A stretch of DNA of 64,000 bases, from the NCBI RefSeq assembly GCF_048593235.1, contig NC_133620.1:440849261-440913260 (forward strand). The letters are read 5' to 3'. Under the pieces are notes generated by a model. The model saw only the letters and a program-made list of their open reading frames with translations, searched no databases and was not told the origin of the DNA. Origin of the DNA: Sminthopsis crassicaudata (lineage: Eukaryota). Shown piece by piece: positions 1-26,161 of this stretch; within the stretch, counting starts at the first letter, position 1, and the number at the start of each line of letters is the position of its first letter. Both the position numbers and the translations under genes were made by a program.

Positions 1-52
1 TCACCTAGTGCCTAGAAAGGGAATTGACAATTATTCATCTCTAACTCCCCAG

Positions 53-465
53 CCCCTGCTGGTCAGTTCGATCTTCGCCGTTCCTTTGACAATCGTCCCC
101 GTGTTCGGCTTCGGGCCCTTCGACTATCCTTACTTGTCCTGCTGACCTTCGTTATCTGTTGGACACCTTACTACCTGCTGGGTCTGTGGTACTGGTTCTC
201 TCCCAGCATGCTAAGCAATGTCCCCCCCAGTCTCAGCCACATTCTGTTCCTCTTTGGCCTCCTCAATGCTCCCCTGGACCCTTTACTTTATGGGGCCTTC
301 ACCCTTGGCTGTAGGAAAGGGCACCAGGAGCTTGGTTTAGATTCTTCCCGGGGGCAAAGGAGTTCTTGGAGAGTCCCTCAAAAAGCAATTCAGGTACCTA
401 GGCACCTGGAAGTGAGCACTGAGGTTAGTGGGAAGATAGGAAAAATGGAGGAGACATCTCTATAA
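53..465 (+). CDS. GNRHR2: Type II GnRH receptor, last coding exon (TM6-TM7 plus cytoplasmic tail); upstream exons lie outside the window
   Basis: Branch point CTAAC at 41-45 and AG at 51-52, then a phase-1 exon reading (A)PAGQFDLRRSFDNRPRVRLRALRLSLLVLLTFVICWTPYYLLGLWYWFSPSMLSNVPPSLSHILFLFGLLNAPLDPLLYGAFTLGCRKGHQEL...ETSL*. Contains the GPCR CWxPYY and DPLLY motifs and the C-tail typical of type II receptors. Open to TAA at 463-465. Tail-to-tail with RBM8A, as in human. Confidence 0.95.
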
Positions 466-876
466 CTCTTGCTGAGATCCTTTTTCTTCACTCTATCCCC
501 AGGCTTCCAACCACAAAATTTTAAAAAGTTAACTAATTTTTTTTTTTAAATCCCTATCTTGTCCCTATAGCCACTCCCATTCCTCAACCACCTACCCCAG
601 CCAAACAGAAAATATGGAGGGCATAAGAGTCTCCTGGGTGGAGAAGATTCTTCTTCCACCCTTAGTAAGGGAAAGAATAAGAATATTCCAGGCTTTAGTA
701 ATTCAATACTTGAGAGAGTATCATTGATATTCCCCTAATTGTTAAAGCACATTTCACTCCCTTAGCTGGAAGAATGGGTTTTTACTACTTAAAACAGTCA
801 GAAAAGGCCTGTGTTGCCTCCCTAGCTTTTTACCTTGTATGTTTGACTCTCACATGTAGAAAAGAAAACTAAACTG

Positions 877-882
877 TTTATT
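877..882 (-). terminator. RBM8A: RBM8A polyadenylation signal AATAAA
   Basis: tttatt on + at 877-882, about 125 nt after the RBM8A stop; the only canonical minus-strand hexamer I saw in 1-1005. Confidence 0.75.
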
Positions 883-916
883 CAGAATGCAAAAGAAACA
901 CTTAAGGAGGTGGAAG

Positions 917-922
917 AATAAA
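917..922 (+). terminator. GNRHR2: Probable GNRHR2 polyadenylation signal AATAAA
   Basis: First canonical + strand AATAAA after the GNRHR2 stop at 465. Confidence 0.55.
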
Positions 923-1005
923 GAGTCCCATCCCAGGCCCTTTACTCCGAGGCTGGATGTTGGGCAAACTGATCTTCTGGAGAGAACAACATGTGAGCAG
1001 GGCAG

Positions 1006-3000
<1,995 letters not shown>

Positions 3001-4129
3001 CGTTGTGATTGTTCCACAATCTTTCTCCCCAAACTTCATCCCTTCCCCTGCGCAGTCGATTCTACATTTGTTTCTCTCGGTTTTCTCCTTCCTTTCGGGA
3101 TTAATCCCATTACTACACCTCTTCCTTTTCCAATCCTCATCTCCGTCAGCAAATGTATCCTTCGCCTCCAAACTTTTCACTGTAAGCGCCTCATTCAAGT
3201 TGCGTATCTACTCTCGATAGCATCTAGAAAGATTTGGAAATTCCGAGCATTTTGCAGATTAAAAAAGCCGAAACGACTTTTGGCAATAAAGAGTCCCCTC
3301 CATAGTAGTAAGCAGGGTCTTTCCGGGATCCCTGCTGAGCCTCTGACAGATTTCTGTTGCAATTCTTTAGCAATTGATACTTAGTATCTTCTGGCCCCTT
3401 GTGATACTCGTGATGACTTGTGATACTTTTCATGTTCCTACTTGGACTCTTTGCTGGCTCCTCATCCATCCCGGTGAATACTCATTCCCTTTTGCATCTA
3501 GCATAGGCTGCCTTTCGAATATTCTTTCCTTTGGGAATTTCATCTCCTCCCGTGACTTCAGTCATCTCATCCGTGCAGAAGTCTCCCAAGCAATTGTCAG
3601 CCTTTCTGCTTGATTTCTGTCCTGTTTTCCTGGTTCTAGTTGAGGACTCCATTTGATTGAACTTAAGAATTGATTGTGTAACATAGGAGATACTAAAGCA
3701 GAATTAATTAGCTCAGAAGAAACTCAGAGGTTCTCCCAGTTAGAGAATCCATTTCAAATGTTCACAGGGATTATTGATGTCGGACCTGTAGCAGAGCATT
3801 CCAAGCCATTGGTTTTTCAGTCACAGTGGACACGCTATAACAACTCTAATAGAGTGATATCACTTTGGTCCTACTGGAGAAGGCCAAAAACCAACCAACT
3901 AACTAACCCACTGTAGTTCAAACATAGTATATCCAAAGTTGAACTCCTCTAAACCTGACACTTCTCTCTTCTTCTTCTTAAAAAACACACACATTTTCCC
4001 AGTTACATGTTGAAATAATTTAAAAAAGCAGTTTGATATGTTTGTGCAATCATATAAAATATTCCCATTAGTCAGGTTGTAAGAGACACAAAAAAATCCC
4101 AAAAAAACCAAACCAAAAAAAAAAAAAAA

Positions 4130-6719
4130 TTAAAGAGATGTAGGTTTCGATCTGCAGAGTCCATTAGTTCTTAATTGTCTTGACAATATTATTGAAAATA
4201 GGTAAGTCGTTTACCTATTTTGTACAATATTATTGTTGCTTTAACAATATTCTGTTTATTTTACTTTGTATTACTTCCTGTAAGTCTTTCTGAAATCATC
4301 CTGCTTTTCATTTCTTATATCACTACAGTATTTCATTACAACCAAACACTACATACAGCTTATTCAGCCATTCCCTAATTGGTGAGAATCACCTCAATTT
4401 CCAATTCTTTGCCATCACACAAAGAGCTGCTATAAATATTTTTGTTCAAATAGGTCCTTACCCCATTCCTGCTCCTTTAAATCTAGGGACTAGAAATGAT
4501 ATTACTGGAACAAAGGGTATGCACAATTTTATGGCTCTTTGAATATAATTCTAAACTGCTTTCAAGAATGGTAGGATTAGTTTACAATTCCACCAACAGT
4601 GCATTAATGATGGGTAAACTATTCCTTGTTCTCCTAATTTGCTTATGGTATCATCCTTTATTTTATATTCTGTAACGACTAAAGTTGTTAATTATTTCAA
4701 CTGGATTTTTAGTTGATTCTCTAGAATTCTCTAAGTATACCATTATATCATCTGCAAAGAATAATAGTTTTGTTTCCTACTTTCCTATTCCAATTTCTTT
4801 TTCTTCTCTTCTTCCTACAGCTAACTTTTTTAAAAATTTATTTTAAAGAAACAGACTAAGACAGAAAAGAAATATAAAACAAAATGAAACAAAACAAGAG
4901 AATATTGTCATGTGCCCAATAGAACATCAGAGAGGATTCAAAATATATAACAACAAATATTAGTTCAAGGAAGTATATATAATAGTAGAAGAAATTATAA
5001 GTGTTCATCTTTACTTTCTTGTAAATTATTCTTTTGTTCTCTGCTGTGCATCTTTTTTACTTTATTCTTTTGAGCCCTTTTCATCCTTTCCTCTTACCCC
5101 CAATCAGGCTATAGTTAAGAAAGGATATATTTATATATACATATGTAGATATATATACACATACACATACTCCCCCTACATACATATATCTTTCCTATCC
5201 CTGCTGACTCTTTGCCTTAATTCTGCTCCCAATTTGCCTTGCTATTATTTAACCTCTTCCCATCCAGGTATCCCTCCCTTGTCTCCTACCAGAACCCTTT
5301 GCTTCCCTGTCCACCCATCCCTCCCCAATTATTTTTTAATAGATTTTGGAGAGTGATATGCCATTCACAGTATGTAAATAATGTTACCTATTTAACCCAT
5401 TCCCAATGTGAGTAGGTTTTCAGAACTACAAATCTCTTCCCCTCTCTAAGCCCCTGTTGTTGATGCCAGTCTTAAAGATATACTATACATTTCCCATATT
5501 AAAAATATAAATAAACAATTTGTCCATGTTGAGCTCCTTGAAATTGATCTCTGATTTCAGCTCTTATATGTTAAGTTCAAATTTGGTTGATAGAAAGTCT
5601 TGAAAATCTGCAAGTTTGTTGAATATCTTTTTTTTTTTTCCTCATTCAATACTATAGATAATTTTGCTGGATATATTTTTGGCCACAGTCCTAGTTCTTT
5701 TGATTATCTGTAGATGTGATTCCAGGATCAGCAACTGCTAATATTTCTAATGCATTTCTGCATGTATTGAGATAACTATAAGATTTATGTTGGTTTTGTT
5801 ATTGATACGGTCAATTATGCTGACAGCTTTTCTAATACTGAACCAGCCTTGCATTTTTGGTATAAATCTCACTTGATCATAGTGTATGATTCTTGTGATA
5901 TTGCTGTAATCTCCCATCTAGTATTTTATAGCAATCTATCACAAAAATAGATGCAGAAAAAGCTTTTGATAAATATCCTATTAAAAAACACAAGTGTGCA
6001 TAGAAATTTTTGCATCAATATTCATTTGTAAAATTGATCTATAGTTTTCTCTTTTTTTCTCCTGATTTTGGTATGAGCAATATATTTGTGCCATAAAAGG
6101 AATTTGTCTATTTTCCCACATAGTTATAAACTGTTTGGTATAATTCACTTGTGAATGGCTTGTTCAGTTTTGCTTTGTTTTTTTAAGATGGGGTTATTAA
6201 ATATTCTACTTCATCTTCTGTTAATCTGGGCAATTTTTGTAAATACTTATTTCATTTAGATTGTCAGATTGCATATAATTGGGCAAAATAGCTCCTAATA
6301 ATTGCTTTGTCTTTTCATTATTGCAATTCTCTTTTGCCTTACCATTTTTTACATTGGTAATTTGGCTTTTTTTTTTTAAAATCAATTAACCACTGGATAA
6401 TCTTTTTTCTTCTTCTTCATAAAGTCAGCTCCTAGTTCAATTGTTTTCTAACTTTCAGATTTTTTAATTTCACCTTTGATTTTCAGCATTTCCAATTTAG
6501 TGTTTAATTAGGAATTATAAATTTGTTCCCTTTTCTGGTTGCCTTTACTTGCATGCCCGATTCACTGATTTGCTCTTTTTCTAATTTATAGATGTAAGGG
6601 TTGAGATATAAAATTTCCACTAAGTACTGCTTTGATTGCATCCCAAAAACTTGAGTACCTTGTCTCATTGTTTTCATTTATCTTTAATGATATTATTTCT
6701 GTGATTAGTTTTAGACTTA

Positions 6720-6754
<35 letters not shown>

Positions 6755-7330
6755 AGGCAATTGGGGTTAAGTGATTTGCCCAGGATCCCACAGCTAAGAA
6801 GTGTTAAGTGTCTGAGATCGGATTTGAATCAGGTCCTCTTGATACTCAATCCATTGCACTATTTAGCTGCCCAGACTTACTCCTGACTCATTCTTTTAGG
6901 GTTAAATTATTTAATTTGCAATTATTTTTAAATTTGTCTTTCTATTGCTTTTTATTTAATGTAAGTTTTAATGCATTCTGAATGAAAAAGATTCATTTAA
7001 TATTTCTGCCTTTCTGTGTTTGATTATGAGGTTTTAAAGCTCAAATACATGGTCAATTTTTGTGTAGGTGCCATGTACCACTGAGAAAAGGTATATTTCT
7101 AACTCTATTCATTTTTCTCCAATCAGATTTAACTTTTCTAAAATTTTATTCACCTCCTTAACTTTTTCATGTTTGTTTTTTTTTGGGGGGTGGGGTTAGA
7201 TTAATTTAAGTGAGAGGGGAAAGTTGTATAGTTTTACTATTTCCTCCTGTCATTTATCATCTTAAGAAATTTGGATGCTCTATAATTTGATGCATATATT
7301 TAATACTGATATAATTTTATTGTACCTCAG
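4130..7330 (-). mobile_element. Old, fragmented LINE-1 remnants (ORF2 RT/EN pieces and 3' region), mostly antisense
   Basis: Segments align by eye with the young L1 in this window, for example 5745-6050 with 46420-46650 and 4340-4610 with 44540-44830. Many stops and indels. Boundaries approximate. Confidence 0.8.
6723..6872 (-). mobile_element. Marsupial tRNA-derived CORE-SINE (WSINE1-like)
   Basis: T28 tail at 6723-6750, body ending ...tttagctgccc, and a 10-bp TSD AGACTTACTC at 6713-6722 and 6873-6882. Confidence 0.9.
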
Positions 7331-7378
7331 AGATGGTTTCAAGAAAGAGTCAATCTGGCTGGCTACAGAAAATTGATT

Positions 7379-7384
7379 TTTAAT
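7379..7384 (-). terminator. LIX1L: Candidate LIX1L polyadenylation signal ATTAAA (3'UTR about 2 kb)
   Basis: tttaat on +, at the boundary between unique sequence and the L1 relics. Position is plausible but not confirmed. Confidence 0.4.
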
Positions 7385-8309
7385 TGTATAAAAGTGTGCA
7401 TACAAAATACATACAAAAGTAGTAAAAAGTTATGACACATAAAACTGAAGATAGACAGCATGCGCACTGTCTTAACCTCATTGGGATCTAACTAGTAAAT
7501 GAAACAAAGACCACCAGTTCGTGGCAGATCCAGGGACCAGCTCCCTATTTTTTCCCAGGGAGAGAGGAACAAGTAAAAAAGGGACTCAAATGAGAAGACA
7601 AGTAATTTGGGATTTCACCGAAAGAAACAAGTAGAGGCATTCACACTTCTGAACTAACCCAGAGTAGGAGTTTTCTACATATGTCTATATTTGGGGAAGA
7701 AGGGAGTAGGACCTTAGGAGTGAGGGTGCTCACTCATTCTAGGTACTAGTAAAGTTGGGACTATCACCTCTACTTTTGAGCCCATATACAATAGTTACTT
7801 ACACAGCTCCCAAAAAAAAAAAAAAGAGTTGTTCATCTCATCTGAAAGAGGAAGTTGGGCCATACTACCTAATTTTCCTAAAAGTGAAGATTATGACTGA
7901 GCAAAGATTAAATGATTATCAACCAATCACAGGGAAATAGCTACAAAACAAGCTAATTTCCCAAATCCAATTTAGAAAGTGCATTCAAAGTAATATATAT
8001 TAATGTAAAGGAGGTTATGGAAGCAAATCATAAACACATCTTAGAGAAACCTCCAGGCCATAAGAATGATTCTTTAGTTCTGTTTTAGAAAATCCCTCCT
8101 ATACTTTCTCAAAGGAGAATGAGGCAGGGGAATTCAATTCATAGTGAAAAAAAAAAAATTAGAATTTCACAGACAAGCAGCTGTTTCTGGATCTCTTCCC
8201 TAAACTTTTCAGAAAAGAAATCCAACCAGCTCTGTGTCTAGTTCAGTTTCCTGAACAATTCATTCATGTAAGCGAGAGGAAGAGAAAGAAGTCTGAATCC
8301 TGGTAAGAG

Positions 8310-8490
8310 GTAATATGATGTAAGTGGGCAATGGCCCTGGACTTCAGACATGGATTCCAACTCCAGCTCCAACTCTTAAGTCTTGGTTTTTGCATTTATA
8401 AAAAAAAATTGGTGATACTATTACTTACACTACCTATCTTAAAGGATTTAAGAAAAATGCTTTATAAACTTTAAAGCATCCTATAAATGT
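8310..8490 (+). mobile_element. MIR-like SINE relic
   Basis: CORE-SINE-type head and a MIR-like 3' part (...aaatgctttataaactttaaagc...tataaatgt). Boundaries approximate. Confidence 0.55.
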
Positions 8491-9405
8491 GTGTAACTAC
8501 AACTACTATAATAACTGATCAGTAGCTTCTGTCAGTCGGTAAAACAGCAGCTATTTGAGGGAAGAAGAAAAGTCCTCCACAGATAAAAACATATCTTTTC
8601 TAAAGTAGCAAAGTGATGGAAGGAATAGATATCATAGGTATATGTTTCATTCAACATATGAGTTATATTGTCTCCAGGAAGCAAAAAGGCCCTAAGCCAG
8701 CACTGGTTGTAAATCAAAAGGAAATAGGGAAGGGGAAGAACAGAAACAGAAATTTCAGAATCCACCACCCCAGCTCTATAGTGTGAACTGTATCAAAAAA
8801 TCTGGGTTAAAATAGGATGGTAACATCTTGGATTGGTGAAGACCCTTAAGTTGTACTTATGCTCACTCTTCATTTCCCTATGGCAGGATATGATCGGAAT
8901 GACTTTGGTCTTGAAGAGGGCCTATCCAAGGCAATCCAAAGCCAGAAGTTTCATACTCTTATGAACCCTGTTTAATTCAAAGGGGAAGCAGGAATTGGAG
9001 CTGGGGAAGGAGGACAGAGAGCTCTTACTCAAAGTTGGCTGTGTTTTTCAAAGGCAGACAGAAAGCCCCGTACCAGACAAGCCAACCAGAAGCTCCAGGA
9101 ATACTTTGTTTTCTTAAAGAACTTCTTTTCAGAAAAATTGAGTACTCGGTAGTACGAGAATCCATAGATGTCCATAAACAGCCTCTAGACGCCTCAATTT
9201 AGAGTAGGGAATAAGTTTCAAATGAAACAATTGCAGAAAAGATCAGGAAAGAAGAAAATGATTTTCCTAGACTGATAGGAAACCAGACCAAGATTTAGTA
9301 TTTTTTAAAGTATAAAAAATTAGTAAGTCTGTACAGAAATTGTTCCAAGTCTTAGAAAATAGATGTGCAAATAGAGGCTTGGAGGTGTGGTAGGGGTGGG
9401 AGTGT

Positions 9406-21790
<12,385 letters not shown>

Positions 21791-22295
21791 TTAACTGGGG
21801 GGGGGGGGGAGAGGCTTGCTTGGGGAGCCTGCTCAGTGGGTCATAAGCATCCTAAACTAAGTGTGGGGTAGAAAGAGTCCAGGACGCCTCTAGGATCGAA
21901 TCATTAATTTTCTGTGTATTTACTAATATAATCCTAGGCAGTCCCTTTAGCTCTCCAACTCAGTTTCCTCATCTGTAAAATGGGTATAACATTGCCCTAC
22001 GATTCTCATGATGCTGTTTTGGGACAAAAAGCATTTTGTTAACCTTAGCCACTAAATCAATATATTCTATCCTTATCTTTCAGTGTACCTGAGATAGATC
22101 CTAAGGATCCAAAGGAAAGTGAAAGGAGAAGAATTGAGATTTCAAGAAGAGATGAAAGATGTTAGCTTGCCCTCTACTACCATTCCTGGGCTTTCACTGA
22201 TCCTACAAGTTATGGTCACATTAGGTTCAGTATTGCCCAGCCCATCCCCTCCTCCCAAGTGAGTTGGAGAGACGTGGTTGAAACTTCTGAACACC

Positions 22296-22301
22296 TTTAT
22301 T
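22296..22301 (-). terminator. ANKRD34A: ANKRD34A polyadenylation signal AATAAA
   Basis: tttatt on +, about 900 nt after the stop codon. Confidence 0.65.
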
Positions 22302-23198
22302 TTGATATGTCAAGAGGGGAATTAAAATCACTACCCTCCTGCCTTGGGAAAGACAGCAGCTCACATAAAAGAGCATTTTGGACTGCATGCCCCACTTCTC
22401 CTGGGAAGACAAGACAACTTGATATAATCAGTTGATCTGGGGTTAGGAAGTATCTGGACTGTTGGAGGCAAGGAGGGAAAAGTTGAGGGAGCAATGAGGG
22501 GAGCAGCAGAACTGGTGCAGCAAGAGGTTCTCTCTCAGAAGGGGAACTCAGGGGCTGGAAAGCAACATTTTCCCGAGTTCTGTAGGTTAGAGAAGTCCGG
22601 GAGGGAGAGCAAAGGATCAGGAGAACCCAGTCTAGTGGGTGGGTTAAGGAGGATCCCAAAAGAGTCAAAGACATTTCCACCGGGATTGAGTGTGTAAATA
22701 ATGCATTATAGGGCATGTGCCACTGTACCTAATAGAAATAAATAATTGCAAGCACAAGAAGATGGAGATTTGAGAGGGGAGGGAGAAGAAGGATGTTAGG
22801 TTAGTCACTGGTCATTAGCAGGTAATCTCACTGCCCATGAACAAGTGCAAATATGTTTGGGGGCCCATGTGCTGATGAGCACCTTTGACCTCATGGTGCA
22901 TGCAAGTGCCTAGTGCCTGTGAGCTCACGCTGATCCCACTTTCAAGTGCACAGTTGCATTAGCCACACAAATGACCCCTCTATATGTGTGACTGCTCAAT
23001 ACATGTGAGAAGCCTGATGACCTTTCAGGTAAAGTGCTCTGTGCCCGTGAACATGTGCATCTCTGCCAAGAGTGCACCGTGCAGTGCTTAGGAGCAAAAT
23101 ACAAGCAGCCTCTAGTGTGTTTGTATGGTAAAAGTGAGCTGGTGGCCTCACCTGCCCTGCCATAGCTTCGTCCACACCATTCCGAGCTCCTCCACCCC

Positions 23199-24689
23199 TC
23201 AACGCCCTTGTTCTCCCGGTCCCCCTAGACTCTGGAAACCCCCTAGCTGTCTTATCTGCTCTGTCTGCATGGAATGACGTCTCACTAATTTCCGCTTGGC
23301 CCTGGGAGACCCAAGGCCCCCGGAATGATGGGGGGCGGGGAGGGATGGGGCCCGACACCCTGGCAGAGGGCGAATGTCTGGGATGGGAGGGTGGGGGCTA
23401 ACGTTGAGTGGAGGCAGGAAGCCAGGCCGGGTGTGGGAGATGTGGTCCAGAAGCAACGTTCCGGAGCCCCTCCGTTCCAGCAGCCCCGGACTCCGTCTCC
23501 GCCCACTCAAAGGAGACACGGCCCCCGGAAGGCTCTCTTGGGATTGCCCGGGTGAAGGAACAGAGCCGGCCGGAGGGAGGGTCAGGGGGGAAGCGTTGTA
23601 GCGGCGGCGCTCCAGAGACAAGCGACTGGAGTCCGCAGAGTCCGTGCCTAAGTGGCCGGGGCCGTCTAGCTCCACCGACTCCATGCGGCTCAGCTTCTGC
23701 TTCAGCCCCGGCAGGGCAGCCGATTCTTGGGCCTCCGGCGCCGTATTGCGCCGGGAAAGGGCCCCTACCCCTGTCACTTTTTCAGCCCACGGAGGTGGTT
23801 CCTCAGGCCCCTCCGTGCTGTGGCGCCTGGACAGCCGGGGTCGACTAGTCAGCGCCAGGCCATTAAAGTCGGCAATCAATCGCTCAGTCGCGGGTCGCCC
23901 CTCGGCTGGCAGGAGCGATTGAGGAGGGGCGACTAGCCCCCAAGGCTCGGAGTTGAGCCTCTTGAGTGGTTTGGGTGGCGGGTGGCGGGGTGGTTTGGGG
24001 AGGGGCTCGGAAGAAGCAGGGTCGTCTGGGGGCTTAGGGAGGGGGAATTCGAACACGTCTCGCTTCTCCTCCTCCTCCTGGGCCCGGGGAGACAGCACTC
24101 CAGTTCCTCCCGAAACAGTCTGCAGTTGGATTTCCGAAGGCGACATGCAAACCCCCGGGGTGGGGACCGGGGTGGGCGGGTCTTCGACCCCCGGGGAGGG
24201 AGGAGAATTGAGATACTGCCGGGTCTTCTTGGTGCCCGAGGGCGAAGTGTCTGTGGTGATGATGATGACTTCGGTGCCCTTGGCTTTGCAAGCTTCCAGC
24301 AAGGCTGAGAGGGTCTCGCGATCGCCGCGGTCCAACGCGTGCACCAAAGCCGAGGCGCCGGCGTGGTCGCGGGCCGACGGGTCAGCGCCGTGGGCCAGCA
24401 GCAGGGTGGCTACTGCAGCTCCCCCACCTCCGGCGCAGGCGTGCATGAGAGCCGTGCGCCCTAGCCGGTCCGCTATGTTGGGGTCGGCGCCCTGCTCCAG
24501 CAGGTAGCGTACCATGCGGGCCCGGTTCTCGGGGTCGTCGTAGCGGGCCCGACAGGCAGCCATCAGTGCAGTCTCCCCCTGCGCGTCGCCCTCATTCACG
24601 TAAGCACCTCCCTCTAAGAGCAACCGAGTCAAGCGCAGCTTCCCCTGCCCCACTGCCCGCAGGAGAGCGTGCCCCTCGGCGTGCAGCAT
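23199..24689 (-). CDS. ANKRD34A: Ankyrin repeat domain-containing protein 34A, single coding exon, 496 aa
   Basis: ATG at 24689 in Kozak context (tcggccATGc). MLHAEGHALLRAVGQGKLRL...GETALM...GADPN...GRTALMHAC ankyrin repeats, then a Pro/Ser-rich tail ending RRHSMQTEQIRQLGGFQSLGGPGEQGR*. The ORF track's start at 24776 is a GTG just after an in-frame TAG and is not the real start. Confidence 0.97.
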   Translation of the reverse strand: MLHAEGHALLRAVGQGKLRLTRLLLEGGAYVNEGDAQGETALMAACRARYDDPENRARMVRYLLEQGADPNIADRLGRTALMHACAGGGGAAVATLLLAHGADPSARDHAGASALVHALDRGDRETLSALLEACKAKGTEVIIITTDTSPSGTKKTRQYLNSPPSPGVEDPPTPVPTPGVCMSPSEIQLQTVSGGTGVLSPRAQEEEEKRDVFEFPLPKPPDDPASSEPLPKPPRHPPPKPLKRLNSEPWGLVAPPQSLLPAEGRPATERLIADFNGLALTSRPRLSRRHSTEGPEEPPPWAEKVTGVGALSRRNTAPEAQESAALPGLKQKLSRMESVELDGPGHLGTDSADSSRLSLERRRYNASPLTLPPAGSVPSPGQSQESLPGAVSPLSGRRRSPGLLERRGSGTLLLDHISHTRPGFLPPLNVSPHPPIPDIRPLPGCRAPSLPAPHHSGGLGSPRAKRKLVRRHSMQTEQIRQLGGFQSLGGPGEQGR

Positions 24690-25573
24690 GGCCGAGGTGG
24701 CGGGTGGGAGAAAGGCAGCGGCTGAAACTACCCCAGAAGAGGTGGAGAGGGAGATGCGGGACAAGGATGGGGACACTGCCTAGAGAGGAGGACTGAGGCT
24801 CAGCAGCTACGGTGCTCCCTGTCAGAGAGATAGACCAACATTGACAGACACAAGCATAGAGACAAGACAGGGAATCATAGAGATTTGGAATGGGTCACCG
24901 TGGCACACACTTCCGTCCTCTGCCCCATGCCCCCCTAATGCTTGTCTGAAAAAAAAAAAAAAAAAAAAAAGAGCTCGCGTGCACCCGCCCGGGTAAATGC
25001 TCGTGCAAGTGCGTGTGTGCACGCGCGGGAATGTCCGCACCCCAACCTTCACCCTCAGTACCCCAGCCATTCCCAGCTACCGACTTTCCACATCCTCTCT
25101 CCAAAATAGCTCTTGCTAGAGCGCAGACCTCCCCTCAGTAATCACCACTTCCCCCTTCCCACGCGCACACCCATACATTCCCAGTGGCTTCCCCCTTTCC
25201 TCGGAGCCGCAGCTCTGGGAGGGGTCGCGGCTCGGGTCCAAGGGTCTTAAGCTGAAAGAGGGAAGAGTTCAGAGTTCCCTTTTCCCCTGCTGTGTTCCCC
25301 ATCTCCCGCTCCTCGTTCCCCTCCCAGGCGGTGTGCCCAGATACCTGTATGTCCGCAGGATCTCCTCCCGGCCAGGGCCTGGGCTGGGACCCGGACCAGG
25401 GTGCAGTCTGGGCGAAGAAGCCGGGTTACCAAGCACCCACATGGTGAGGGTGGGCCTCTATGGCCCCCACTCTCTCTGTGCTCGAGCCTAGGCGCCCCTG
25501 CTCCAGATCCCTCCTCCCGTGCGCCCCGGGCGCAGCGCCGGCTCTGGGAGGGGGGGGGCGGAGCTCGGCGGAG

Positions 25574-25583
25574 CTATTTATAG
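25574..25583. promoter_or_regulatory. MEF2 consensus CTATTTATAG (reads TATAAATAG on -) in the ANKRD34A upstream CpG island
   Basis: Exact CTA(A/T)4TAG match embedded in GC-rich sequence with adjacent GC boxes. Confidence 0.45.
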
Positions 25584-26118
25584 ATGTGTCTCTGCGGGTG
25601 GGGGTGGCAGGCACCAAATCTGCTGCTTTTCTAATCCCCCAGAAAAAAAAAAACCAGAAAACAAAACCCACTACCTCAGGTTATCTAAGCCTGACTACTG
25701 TATCTTAGCCATTTAAACCTAGCTATTTGTAGAATCCAGTCCCAAATTGGGTATCCCTTCTCTCCCTAGTCCCATTAGGGTTGCCTGCACAAATCCTAGC
25801 TAGGCTTCCCCAGTTACCAATTTCCAGGACTTGACGTGTTGTGGTGGCTGTGTGCTAGACCTGACAAGTCAATCGTACATGACACAATCACACTCCCAAA
25901 GGCTGTACTCAGACGTCATAAATCCAAGTTCTAGGAGAAGAGACGAAGTATTCTTCTTAATGTGTATATATTTAGATATACAGGCTCTATAAAAGATCCC
26001 AGCATAGATATCTGGTGTCTGGTGTGTACCCCTCCTTTTTAAAAGGGAGAAGAGAATTACAGAGATGTGGAGCCAACTCTTCCAGGTTGGTCTCTTAGGC
26101 AGAACTGGGGACAATAGG

Positions 26119-26120
<2 letters not shown>

Positions 26121-26160
<40 letters not shown>
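26121..26160 (+). repeat. T40 homopolymer
   Basis: Read directly. Confidence 0.95.

Positions 26161-26161
<1 letters not shown>

Noticed and set aside
23285-24796. Several + strand and alternate-frame ORFs over ANKRD34A
   Set aside because: Antisense or shifted-frame shadows of a GC-rich coding exon.
26121-26160. T40 run as a possible tail-only retrotransposon insertion
   Set aside because: No convincing target-site duplication in the flanks; treated as a simple homopolymer.
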